NCBI RefSeq assembly: GCF_006345805.1
Contig: NC_043011.1
Coordinates: 23,262,464-23,326,463 of the forward strand
Direction: 5' to 3'
Source: Octopus sinensis
Lineage: Eukaryota
DNA length: 64,000 nucleotides
Part shown: positions 1 to 12,235 of the stretch, piece by piece
Layout: each line of letters begins with the position of its first letter
How positions within the stretch are numbered: position 1 is the stretch's first letter
The notes under the pieces: generated by a model
The model's database searches: none
Told to the model about the DNA's origin: nothing
Seen by the model: only the letters and a program-made list of their open reading frames with translations
Program-made: the position numbers and the translations under genes

Positions 1-297
1 TATATTTTTAAAGTTTGTAGTAGAACTAAAACTAATTTTTAGGTTATGCCTATCAAAGAGCTTCCTATAATTATTTTTGATTGGAAAATGCCTATCATTA
101 AGTGAAAAGAAATATCTATCTATACTAAAGGTCACTTCGGAGGAGTAAGTGGTGTGAACCAGATAATTTTACTATTCCTATTTTCCCCTTTCCCACGCAC
201 CTCCATTAAGATTGGATTTTGCCCGATGCTCTATCGACTCTGCAAATTCATCACCCATCACCACCACCACCACCACCACCACCACCACCATCACCAA

Positions 298-732
298 CAA
301 CAACAACACCAACAACAACAACAACAACCCTAACCCTAACCCTAAATTTTTTTTCGTAATTGTTAAATTAATTTAATTGTTACGCGTGTAAAAAAAACTA
401 AAGCAATGGAATTAAATTAATTTAACAATTAAGAAAAAAAATTAGGGTTAGGGTTAGGGGGAGGTTTAGGGGGGAGGTTTAGGGTTAGTTACAGGATGTT
501 GTCTCAGTTTTAGACGCAGCAAATGATTTTAGTTGAATGGAGGTAATCGATTGGTTAAAATTGCCGAAATGCTCGGATTTTCAGACGAAATATCTTACAA
601 ACTATAGAATTTTCTCAATAAAACCAAGAGAAAATGATATTTTATAAACACATTCTACCAGTATACGAAGTTTAAAAGTGTTTAGTTAACTAGAAATTGT
701 GTTGACATCTGCCGTTCAAAAGGAAAGGATCC
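298..732. mobile_element. Non-autonomous TIR-type repeat (right end), related to 47177-47585, with internal telomeric-type repeats
   Basis: 600-732 (aaactatagaattttctc...ctgccgttcaaaaggaaaggatcc) matches 47452-47585; internal (CCCTAA)3 and (TTAGGG)3 tracts. Confidence 0.6.
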
Positions 733-806
733 AAAATAAGTATCACTGAAGTATTATTATGTTCCATTTTACGCAAAATAAAATGTGTTTAAAAACTACA
801 GACACA

Positions 807-856
<50 letters not shown>

Positions 857-1007
857 TAACATTTGCTAAAATTTGTACTTTGCACTTCCCGTGTTGTCTT
901 CTTTCTGTGCCCATAACTTATTACATACAGAAATACATATCTATACCTACCTATCTCTCCCCCTCTCTGTCTGTCTGTTCTTTCTGTCTGTCAATCTGTC
1001 TTACGCA

Positions 1008-1068
<61 letters not shown>

Positions 1069-1156
1069 CACCAATGCGTTTTATGCATTTAATTTTAACA
1101 CAAATATTCTAGAGTGCTTGAAATAGTATGAGAGCGTTAGTATATAATTTTGGTAA

Positions 1157-1737
1157 GGCGGCGAGCTGGCAGAAACGTTAGCACGCCGGGCGAAATGCTT
1201 AGCGGTATTTCGTCTGCGTTACGTTGTGAGTTCAAATTCCGCCGAGGTCGACTTTGCCTTTCATCCTTTCGGGGTCGATAAATTAAGTACCAGTTACGCA
1301 CTGGGGTCGATGTAATCGACTTAATACCTATGTCTGTCCTTGTTTGTCCCCTCTGTGTTTAGCCCCTTGTGGGTAATAAAGAAATAGGTATTTCGTCTGC
1401 CGTTACGTTGTGAGTTCAAATTCCGCCGAGGTCGACTTTGCCTTTCATCCTTTCGGGGTCGATAAATTAAGTACCAGTTTGCACTGGGACCAATGTAATC
1501 GACTTAATCCGTTTGTCTGTCCTTGTCTGTCCACTCTATGTTTAGCCCCTTGTGGCTAGTAAAGAAATAGGTATTTCGTCTGTCTTTATGTTCTGAGCTC
1601 AAATTCCGCCGAGGTCGACTTTGCCTTTCATCCTTTCGGGGTCGATAAATTAAGTACCAGTTGCGTACTGGGGTCGATCTAATCGACTGGCCCCTTACCC
1701 CAAAATTTCGGGCCTTGCTCATAGGGTAGAAAAGAAT
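1157..1737 (+). mobile_element. tRNA-derived SINE family A, three tandem 183-bp body units
   Basis: Head ggcggcgagctggcagaaacgttagc; unit start ggtatttcgtctg at 1204, 1387, 1570; core gaggtcgactttgcctttcatcctttcggggtcgataaattaagtaccag recurs >15 times in the window and resembles conserved Nin/Deu/Meta-type SINE central domains (from memory, unverified). Confidence 0.85.
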
Positions 1738-2477
1738 ATAAAATTTCGGTTTGACTATCTTCAAGCTTAATTCATCGTTTTAGGTTGTTTTTCTTTTTTT
1801 CTTTTCAATTATTTATTTGGCGAGGGTTAATGTGCTATGGAGTGGAAGAAGGGACTGTAAGGATGAAACTGAAAAGATATTGAGTCATTCTTTCACTCCT
1901 TTCACCTACGATTGGTTTTTCACTTCCAGCTTCATTGTGGGAAATATTCCAGAAATTTCTCATACAACCCGTTTTGTTTTACACTTAACCAAAAACTCAA
2001 CTTGACATTCTTCCTGTTATCTCGAACATTGAAATAAAAAAAAAAAAAAATGCTCACGAGATCAAAATAAACGTGTCTAGTTTTTAAATCACATTTTCTC
2101 ACGTTTTATCCGTTTTCCTGTCTTTTGTCAAATACTCTTTATCATCATCATCATCATCATCATTATTGTGATTAATATTGGCATTCTTAAAATATTATCA
2201 TCTCAATACAAAGTAGCGTGTTATGAAATATTTCGTCATGTACCTGTACAGCTGAAAACAGCAAAGAGTGTGAATAACAATAATAGCAACATCACCATCA
2301 TCAATAATAACATCAACAATAACAACAAGGGTAGCAAAAAACAAAAGAAGTAACTGAAAACTTGGTAATTTTATTACATTGATGACATTTTAATGAGCAT
2401 CACATCGAAACAAAATAAAATTTAAAACAGGTGGATATTTTATCCTGAAGTTATGTGTGCGTGTGTGCGTGTGTGTG

Positions 2478-2518
<41 letters not shown>

Positions 2519-2543
2519 TGTGTGTGTAGTGTGTGTGTATATA

Positions 2544-2594
<51 letters not shown>

Positions 2595-2607
2595 ACTTCA
2601 TTTTTAC

Positions 2608-2678
<71 letters not shown>

Positions 2679-2774
2679 CGTATATATATATGTGTTGTGT
2701 GCTTGCGCGTGCGTGTGTGCATGCGTGTGTGAGTTTATATATATATACATTACTATATATACATATATATATAT

Positions 2775-2930
2775 GAATGGCTGTGTGGTAAGTAGCTTGC
2801 TTACCAACAATACGGTTTCGGGTTCAATCTCACTGCGTGGCACCTTGGGCAAGTGTCTTCTACTTTTACCCTGGGCTGACCAAAGCTTTGTGAATGGATT
2901 TGTTTGACAGAAACTGAAAGAAGTCCGCCG
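2775..2930 (+). mobile_element. CORE-type SINE (octopus OR2-like), 5' half
   Basis: tggctgtgtggtaagtagcttgc head, CORE-like accttgggcaagtg, ends gaaactgaaagaagtccgccg; matches 56908-57070. Confidence 0.8.
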
Positions 2931-4715
2931 TCCCATCGTCTCCGCCTGTAACTACCCCACGGAATTGACCTCAAAATACCTCGACCGGGTCCTTGCACCC
3001 TAGTGGTTTCCCTCTCCTCCCACATTCACGACATTAACCATGCTCTCCCTCTCTTCAACACTTTCTCCTTCCCTCCTGGCTCCTCTAAACTTCTCTTCAC
3101 TCTTGATATCAAGAGTCTATATATAGTGATACCACACAACGAAGGACTTCTTGTACTCAAACACATCCTAGACCTTCGACCCAACATCCAACCTGACACC
3201 TCCACATTTCTTCGTCTGTCCGAACTAGTTCGCGGGTGGTTTTTACCAACAGTTCTCGGGAGGTGCCATGGGAACAAGAATGGTCCCCTGCTATGCGAAC
3301 GTGTTCGATGGCTACGTTGAGGTCCAAATATTCCCACGATTCACTGGTCCCACACACGAACTATACTTTCCCGTTTCCGCTCTCTTACCACCCCTCTACT
3401 CTGCTCCTCCAAGTCATCCGGCGACTCCAGTCCGACTCTTCACTTTGTACATCTTCCCCAAACTACCCATTCCCTCCTTCAAATGAGCACACAACCTACG
3501 TGACTTCCTGGTTCACAGTTTCTTCCGTAATACCATCCCCTAACCTGGCTTGTTCCCCTGCTCCCGCCCACGCTTCCACACTTGCCCCTACCTCTCCAAC
3601 ACAACCATACTCACTGGCACCCATCTCATCGTCCCTATCATATCACCGACTCCTTTACCTACACTTCTAGTAACGCCATTTACTGCATCTCCTGCTCTTG
3701 CTATCCTTCTCTGTACATCGCTCAAACGGGACTCCGCTTGGTTGACCGATTCGCGGAGCATCTCAGAAACATCAAACTCGGCAATGACACCCCGGTCTTG
3801 CGCCGTTTCCGCTCTACCGGTCATTCACTACAATATTTGTCTGTGTTCTGATTGTCTTTGCACAGGGGTCATCCAGACTCCCGCCTTCGCCGTGAACAGA
3901 AATTAATCTTCTCTCTTCGTTCCTTTGCCCCACATGGGTTCAACTCCCCTCCACTCTCATCTCACTTCCCACTTCTCCCTTCATCTGACACCTACTTCCT
4001 CTCTTCACTTCTACCTACCTTCTCTCTTCATCGATACCTCCTCCAGCCATGCCCCACACCCCCACACCCCACTCCCACATACTCCATCCCACTCCTACAT
4101 CCCCATCTACCCCACACCCATATCCCTACCCACCCACACCTACATCCCCACCCATCCCATACCCAACATCAGCACCCCACACCCCACTTCACGATCCTCA
4201 CAACCCCCACATACCACACACCCCCACACCACCTCACACCACTCCAGACACACTAGCACTGACCACTTCCCAGCTCCCACATCACACACCATCATCTGCA
4301 CATCCACACACCATCATCTACGCACTCACACACCATCACCTACACACCCACACATTATTACAGACGCGCACATCCACACATCAGAGTCACTAAACCCTAT
4401 CTAGACACAAACTTACACGTTCTCATATACACATACACGCACGCGGACCTTCGTTTTGGGATCACCAATACTTTATTATATCCCCTTCTTTCTCTCTCTC
4501 CAGTCAAATTTTTTTCCCCAACTGATCACCATGCTTGATCGCTATATCGACAAATTTTTTTTTAATTCTCTGTTTATTTTCTCTTATTCCTTTCTGTTGA
4601 AGAGCGTAGGCTCGAAACGTAAAGGATTTTCTCAATTTCCCGAGCCTCAAACTAATACAACTGCTTGTTATTCATCCACCTGTCTTCGTCTTTTGTTTTT
4701 TTCTATAAATTTCAA
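2931..4715 (+). mobile_element. Penelope-like element, 5'-truncated and frameshifted (RT remnant, GIY-YIG, C/A-rich 3' UTR, HHR-bearing terminus)
   Basis: LLFTLDIKSLYIVIPHNEGL (3003-3320), MGTRMVPCYANVF (3268-), SSNAIYCISCS..LYIAQTGLRLVDRFAEH (3582-3851), RREQKLIFSLRSFAPHGFN; terminal unit 4440-4715 recurs at 58680-58995. Confidence 0.85.
4589..4626 (+). ncRNA. Minimal type I hammerhead ribozyme motif, family A
   Basis: ccttt-CTGTTGA-a-gagc(gtag)gctc-GAAA-cgt-a-aagga; stem II 4 bp, palindromic ACGT in place of stem III. Confidence 0.6.
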
Positions 4716-4717
<2 letters not shown>

Positions 4718-4753
<36 letters not shown>

Positions 4754-4955
4754 TGTGTGTGTGTGTGTGTATGCTTGTCCCCAGCATCGCTTGACAACTG
4801 ATGCTGGTGTGTTTACGTCCGCGTAACTTAGCAGTTCAGCAAAAGGGACTGATAGAATAAGAACTAGGCTTACAAAGAATGTCCTGGGGTCGATTTTCTC
4901 GACTAAAAGCGGTGCTCCAGCATGGCCGCAGTCAAATGACTGAAGCAAGTAAGAG
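4718..4955 (+). mobile_element. CORE-type SINE, 3' half (partner of 2775-2930)
   Basis: (TG)n then ttgtccccagcatcgcttgacaactgatgctggtg...gcagtcaaatgactgaagcaagtaagag; matches 57250-57467. Confidence 0.8.
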
Positions 4956-5336
4956 AATATATATATATATATTATAAATAAAACATATGCATATATTATA
5001 TAATACATATATGTACGTACCTTACCTCTACATGTATATACACGCATATATGAGTACAGGATACAAAAAAAAAATTCGTCGAACACAATGAGAGAACGAA
5101 GACATAGACACAAACAAGGAACTGGACATTTTCTTAAACAACAAAAAAAAATAGAGTACAGGACAAATAACACAAGGAAAAAAAACCCCTTCTTCAGTCG
5201 CCATGGTTCTCTACTCTACGTTGAACGTATATATGTATATATACATACTTATATATGTATATATGTATGTATACATATATATATTTATTTATACACACAC
5301 ACACACAACATTACACACACACACACACACACCCAT

Positions 5337-5383
<47 letters not shown>

Positions 5384-5692
5384 TTATTTATATTTGTATA
5401 TACATATATATACGTATTTAAATATACATACATACTCAGCATGTTCTATGTCTATCCCATTAACTTCTTGGAGATTTTAGGTATAATTATACTAACGTGT
5501 CCATCTCTTCTAATTTAATTAAATTCTATGTCTTTGTGCAGCTGAAGATTGGTCTCCATTTTAAATTGATGTAATAATTGCATTGTCCAATTAAATGGAG
5601 CTGCATGAAATGATCGTACTGCATTACCTCTGGATATTCTTGTTGCTTATTTTGATACACATACATATATGTATGTATGCATGTCTATATAT

Positions 5693-5723
<31 letters not shown>

Positions 5724-5793
5724 CATACATGCATGCATATATATATATATATATATACATACATACATGCATCATATATATCTATATCTATAT

Positions 5794-5858
<65 letters not shown>

Positions 5859-5934
5859 TATATATACATATATATATATATATATTATATATATACATAT
5901 ATATATATATCTATATAATATATATATATATACT

Positions 5935-5984
<50 letters not shown>

Positions 5985-6133
5985 ATATATATATATATAT
6001 ATATATATTGAACAGTGCAGTTTGCCGAATCTCACTTAAAACAAAAGAAAACAGAATAATTAACACGGCGACACAACGAGACAGTGTGATTGTCAGTAGC
6101 AACTTGTAAAAACAAACGAGAAACTAAACGGAG

Positions 6134-6245
<112 letters not shown>

Positions 6246-6452
6246 CATGTATGTATGTATATTAATATTAATATTATATATATATTTAATAAGATGTTAA
6301 AAGCAGTACCGGCTTACTAATTATAGCAAGCCACTAATTTTCACTGAAACACAAAGGTGAAAGCGGCAAATGAATAAAAATTCTAAAGCAGAATGTTTTG
6401 TGGTTCACCTCCCTCTCCGGACTTCAGGTGGCCACGGATATCTTTACAATTT

Positions 6453-6532
<80 letters not shown>

Positions 6533-6547
6533 CTACTACCTACCTAC

Positions 6548-6625
<78 letters not shown>

Positions 6626-7136
6626 GAATATTTAGCAGATGCAGCAAGGTGACTCAACGGCGGAAAGTTTTGTGCATTGGCCCTTAACAAACTTGTTTTG
6701 AGTTCTATTTTTTCTGTTTACTATATACATTTATTCTCCCTCGAATACATGATATCTACACACGCATACACGGTTTTCATCTTCTTATATCATACTTCAT
6801 TTAGAATTTATATCTTATTATTTTTATTATATTTCTTATTATCGTTTATTACTTATTATATTTTGAATTTTTAATATAAACATGTATCCCATCCAGGTCG
6901 TATAAATCACTGTAAGCACGATTTCGTTTGCGGATATAAAGTGCTTACAGCTGGAATTTTTTCTTCTACAACAATTTTTATTACTCCTTAGCTCATAAAC
7001 GAGCAAAAAAATAACAGATATAATATATATATAGTATATATATATAATATATATATATTATATATATATATAATCTATATATAGTACGACTGTTATTTTT
7101 TTGCTCGTTTATGAGCTAAGGAATAATATATATATA

Positions 7137-8410
7137 TTGGATTGGCAACTAAGATCCCGCTGTTTTCTAAATTTAGGAATTTATTGCATTTTAAAATTTT
7201 GGTATCTATTTTTTTCGAAAATTCTATTTTTGAATCATTTTGGAATCTTTTTTTTTTTCTAGTTAATTTTAGTTAATTTTTGTTTATTTTCAGATCATTA
7301 AAATGGAATGTCAAGTTAAGAAAAACGAGCATTTTCGACACCTCCTTCTTTTTGTTTTTAATCAAGGTTCTAAGGCCGCAAAAGCTGCTCGCGACACTTG
7401 TGCTGTGTATGGAGAGGGTGCCATAGCTGAAAGAACCGCTCGTGATTGGTATGCCAAGTTCAAAAACGGAAATTTTGACCTCAAAGATACACCTCGTTCT
7501 GGCCGTCCAGTTGAGTTCGATGAAGAGCGATTAAACTAACTTTTGCACGAACATTCTCGTCAAACGACAAGGGAACTGGCAGAGAAAATGGAATGCTCCC
7601 ACACTACTATAGAGAAGCATCTTCACTCGAGGGGAAAGGTTCAGAAGTATGGAGCATGGGTTCCGCATGCTTTAAGTGACAACAGCAAAAATCAACGAGC
7701 CACAATCTCTGCTGGTTTGCTTGCTCGTCACCGCTCAACTCATGGACACAAGCAACGAATTTTTTTACTGAATTGTTACTGGCGACGAAAAATGGTGTCT
7801 GTACATCAATATGAAGCAGCGTAAGGAATGGCTTAGCCCCAGTAAACAAGCGATACCGCGCTTGAAGCAAGATCTTCATCCGCGTAAAACGATGTTGTGC
7901 GTATGGTGGGACTGGGAACGGATTATCCATTACGATTTGCTTGAACGGAACCAAATGGTCAATGCGGAACTCTATATTCACAAGATAGAACGACTTAACA
8001 TGGCTATTCAAGAGAAAAGACCAAATCAGCAGCATGGAGTTCTTCTGCTGCACGACAACGCCCGCCCTCATATCACCAATATCACCAAGGAAGCCATTCA
8101 AACGCATGGCTGGGAAGCGCTGCCACACCCGCCGTACTCTCCTGATTTGGCAGCAACGGATTTCCACCTCTTTTGATCTCTTTCAAATGCTATGCGCAGA
8201 GTTTCGTTCAATACTGACGCAGAATTGAGAGCTTGGTTGGATTAATTTTTCGAGTCGAAATCGGGTGATTTCTACCAACGAGGTATTGAAAATCTTGTTG
8301 AACGTTGGGGAGAAGTTGTAAACAACAAGGATGAATACATTAATGATTAATTAGTTGTTATTTTTTATTAAACCTTTAAAAAAAATTAAATTAAAAAACG
8401 GCGGTAATTA
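7137..8410 (+). mobile_element. Mariner (DD34D) transposon, decayed
   Basis: TA then TIR ttggattggcaactaag at 7137; degenerate right end near 8393-8410; transposase pieces between. Confidence 0.9.
7303..8350 (+). pseudogene. Mariner transposase pseudogene
   Basis: MECQVKKNEHFRHLLLF, WVPHAL, MLCVWWD, HDNARPH...HPPYSPDLAATD (34 residues between the 2nd and 3rd D); stops and a frameshift. Confidence 0.9.
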
Positions 8411-8489
8411 ACCATTAAGCAAAATAAGCACGTGCATAGGGCATCAAGGGAAGGAGGTGGCACCACAGAATTGTTAAGTGGTTTACAAC

Positions 8490-8808
8490 ACAAGAAATCA
8501 CTTTAAACTTGCTAAAAAATATTCAGGATGCCTTTATATCTACTAAGTATAGATACAGATGTGTTACCTAAGATGAATTTTGAGGATCTGATCAAAGTCT
8601 TTGCAGTTCAAAAAAGTAGGAGGAAACTTTTCAAATATAAATAAAGTAGAAGTATACAAAAATCAACATTATTTTCCCTTTTACTGTTTTGAAAAATAAA
8701 AATTTATCTTATGGTTTGTTATTGTTTATATTTTGAATTACATAATCTTTGATGGGGGCATCAAAATCTTTTAAGTGTTTAGGGCCTCGATGGATCTAAT
8801 CGGGCCCT
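8490..8808 (+). mobile_element. hAT transposon 3' fragment
   Basis: Hand translation LSIDTDVLPKMNFEDLIKVFAVQKSRRKLF resembles the hAT C-terminal dimerisation region; ends gggcctcgatggatctaatcgggccctg. Confidence 0.55.
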
Positions 8809-8817
8809 GTTGTATAT

Positions 8818-8865
<48 letters not shown>

Positions 8866-8869
8866 ATAA

Positions 8870-8909
<40 letters not shown>

Positions 8910-9026
8910 CATAGATGTGTGTGTGGGCGTGTGCGTATGAATATGCATATGTATTTCAATATGTGACCGCGTGTGTATCGTTGGCGATTTTCTTTCTCCG
9001 TCTTCTCTTCTTTGGATTTTTGCTAT

Positions 9027-9060
9027 ATTTCTGATGAAGAGCTCGCTCGAAACGTGAAAT
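9027..9060 (+). ncRNA. Minimal HHR motif, family B (cleavage-site base G, probably inactive)
   Basis: attt-CTGATGA-a-gagc(tc)gctc-GAAA-cgt-g-aaat inside repeat unit 8950-9170, homologous to 36455-36655. Confidence 0.55.
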
Positions 9061-9243
9061 CCTTTTTCTTTTCTTTCCTTTCTTGAGCGTCCAATATCAC
9101 TGTACTTATTCCACATCCTCGCGTTATTGCTTTCCCTTGCTTGTCCATGTTTGAATTGGTTATATTGATTGTATACATACATACATGTATGCATACATAC
9201 ATACATACATACATACATACATACATACATACATACATACATT

Positions 9244-9284
<41 letters not shown>

Positions 9285-9380
9285 GTATAGGGAGAGTTTA
9301 CGAAGAAAACAAAAGACGAAGACAGGTGGTGTACAAAACAAACAGATGTATTAGCATAACGCTCAGGAATAGAAAAAGTT

Positions 9381-9415
9381 TTCTACGTTTCGAGCCTACG
9401 CTCTTCTACAGAAAG
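9381..9415 (-). ncRNA. Minimal HHR motif, family A
   Basis: Reverse complement ttt-CTGTAGA-a-gagc(gtag)gctc-GAAA-cgt-a-gaa in unit 9290-9490. Confidence 0.55.
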
Positions 9416-9505
9416 GGACACAGAAAAAACAAGGAGAAAAAAAAGGCGAGAAAAAAATGTGTGTAGTGGCTAACGATTTATCATATACATATACGTATAA
9501 GCACA

Positions 9506-9573
<68 letters not shown>

Positions 9574-11533
9574 ATATATAATATATATGAGTGTATGTGT
9601 TTTGTATACGTATATATACATACATAGTATGTATGTATGTATGTATGTATGTATGTATATATACACAAACACGTACACTTACACACACACATATATATAT
9701 ATATTATATATATATATATATATAATATATAACTATATATATATATATACATATATATATATACATATATATATACATACATACACACACGCACACAACG
9801 TATGTTTCCTCCAGCAGAATTAAGGCAATGAATTTGCAGAATTGTTAGCTCGCCTGGCGAAATGCATTTCGTCCGTCTTTAAGTTCTGACATCAAATTCC
9901 ACCGAGGTCGTCTTTGCCTTTCATCCTTTTGGGGGTTTATAAAATAAATACCGGTTGAGGACTGGGATCCATGTAATCGACTTGTCTCCCTCTCTGAAAT
10001 TGTTGCTCTTGTCCTAGAATTTGAAAACAATATTTGACGGGATTAGATATTTGAATTCGTGCTATTTTGCCGCCGAGATTGAACTCTTAGCTTTTGGTGA
10101 AGTTGGTAGGATATCTTTGTGAGATATATCGTGTCTTGGGCAATTTATTTAAAGCAGGTGAACCCTTCTCCATCCTTTCCAGATTTGGACACAGCATATT
10201 TTTTTCTAGATGAAAAGTAGTGGTGGTGGTGGTGGTGGTGGTAGTGAGAAAGGGTGGGAGGGAGAGAAATAGATCCAAAGACTGAAACGATACTTTATTT
10301 ATTGACCTCAAAACGATGAAAGGCAAAGTTGATCTCGGCGGTAGTGAATTTCTCTCTGACATTCCTATGACTATCAATTTGCAGTCTACTTTTAATAATT
10401 ACGAAAAATAATCACGAAAAATAATATTTTAATTTCATAATTATTTCTAGAAAAAAGACAACTATAATTTCCGGAAGCTGAGTGATTGAAAGAAAGCTCC
10501 CTCTCCCCAAATAAGATATCTGGTGAGATTCAAACTGAGAACGTAAAGGAGCCTCTACTGACTGTTACATCACCACTCCCTAAAATGGGGTTTTAATGAA
10601 AAACGTTTGTCTGGATGCGTGTATCGGCAAAACTATAACCAAATTTAATTTGAACGAGAAAAGGAAAAGGAGGATAACCCAACTACACACCCTTTCCTGT
10701 TTATTTGGAACAAAGGCGTGTATGAATGTTTGTGCTTTCCTGTTTATTAGAAACGTATGAGTTAATAAGTTATCGAGTTCATTTGGGTACTTTTGAATTA
10801 CTTTCTATTTTTGATATTGTCCATTTTAATATTACATTTAAAAAGTCTGGTTTTCATTAAATGACATTTCTAGTTGAAGCATTTTAAAAGGCTAATTTGA
10901 ATTACTGAACCTAGATAGCTCCCAGGCTCGCAATTCTAAGCAAATGAATCACACGATTTCTATTTCTAACAGTCACGACACTTCTTACTAAATGACATTG
11001 AGCCAACTAGGCAGCTTTTACACAGGCCCTTGCCCTGCCAGAAGTAAACAAGCAAATAACTCGCTCCCCTCTTATTACAACCAACCACCTGATAAAAAAA
11101 TAAGATGAAGGACACATAGAATAATATAGCTTTAGATGTCTTAAAAAGGACTGCTATTCACCACTTAATTGCTTTCGATCGCATGTCGGGGTGATCAGGG
11201 TTAACCTGGACAAATCAACGACGACGATGACAACAATGACAACGACCACATCTTAGACAATGCCCGTCACTGTCCCAGCCGTAGAGAAGGATATTTATAA
11301 CAGCAGACTAACTGGTCTGTGTCTCTCACGTTGTTCTGTCTCTTTACTCTTGACTCCTGTTCCAAAATGAAGTTCATTATAATACGCATGATTTCGAAAC
11401 CATGTATTTCGACCTTAAATGTTGATTCACAGCTTTCAACTTAATTAGCATTTTAAATACGTGCAAGGCACCTGCTGCTGTTGCTACTGATGTTGATGCT
11501 GTTTCTACTGTACCTGCTGTTGCTGCTGTTGCT

Positions 11534-11728
11534 ATTCTTTTATTCTTTTATTTGTTTCAGTCATTTGACTGCGGCCATGCTGGAGCACCGCCTTTAGTCG
11601 ACCAAATCGACCCCAGGACTTATTCTTTGTAAGCCTAGTACTTATTCTATCGGTCTCCCTTGCCGAACCGCTAAGTGACGAGGACGTAAACACACCAGCA
11701 TCGGTTGTCAAGCGATGTTGGGGAGGGG

Positions 11729-11825
<97 letters not shown>

Positions 11826-11939
11826 CGACGGGCTTCTTTCAATTTCCGTCTTCCAAATCTACTCACAAGGCTTTTGGTTGGACTGAACCCGGAATCTTAT
11901 GGTTGGTAAGCAAGCTACTTACCACACAGCCACTCCTGC
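11534..11939 (-). mobile_element. CORE-type SINE with internal microsatellite, internally deleted
   Basis: Both halves match 56908-57467 in reverse orientation. Confidence 0.85.
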
Positions 11940-12235
11940 TATTAACAAAATTTCTAATTCAGTGGTTATTGCAAAGGACATATTCAAATGGTTTTTAAAT
12001 AATAGGAATTATAATAATGATGAAAATTAACAATAACAACTAAAAAAAAATTTACCGCACCACCACCCATCACCTATCCGACAAAAAAAAAAAGAAGCAG
12101 AAATAAAGAAAAACGTTTGGTGCAGAAACGCGTTTATCACGTTCACATTTTAATGTGAGAAAAATAGATTCTGCAATACTGCTTCGTTAAATAATTAAGT
12201 AATTACACCCACTTTCAGCTCAGTCATTTAAATAA

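Noticed and set aside
328-459. Ancestral telomere fusion site
   Set aside because: Orientation is CCCTAA then TTAGGG (a fusion gives the reverse), only three units per side, and it lies within a dispersed repeat
1204-1737. Regularly spaced direct repeats that might suggest a CRISPR-like array
   Set aside because: Whole 183-bp units repeat with no unique spacers; SINE concatemer in a eukaryotic context with no cas genes
2390-2936. Many ORFs of IYIY, HTHT, CVCV, YLSI or MYVC type here and throughout the window
   Set aside because: Translations of stop-free microsatellite frames; no coding evidence
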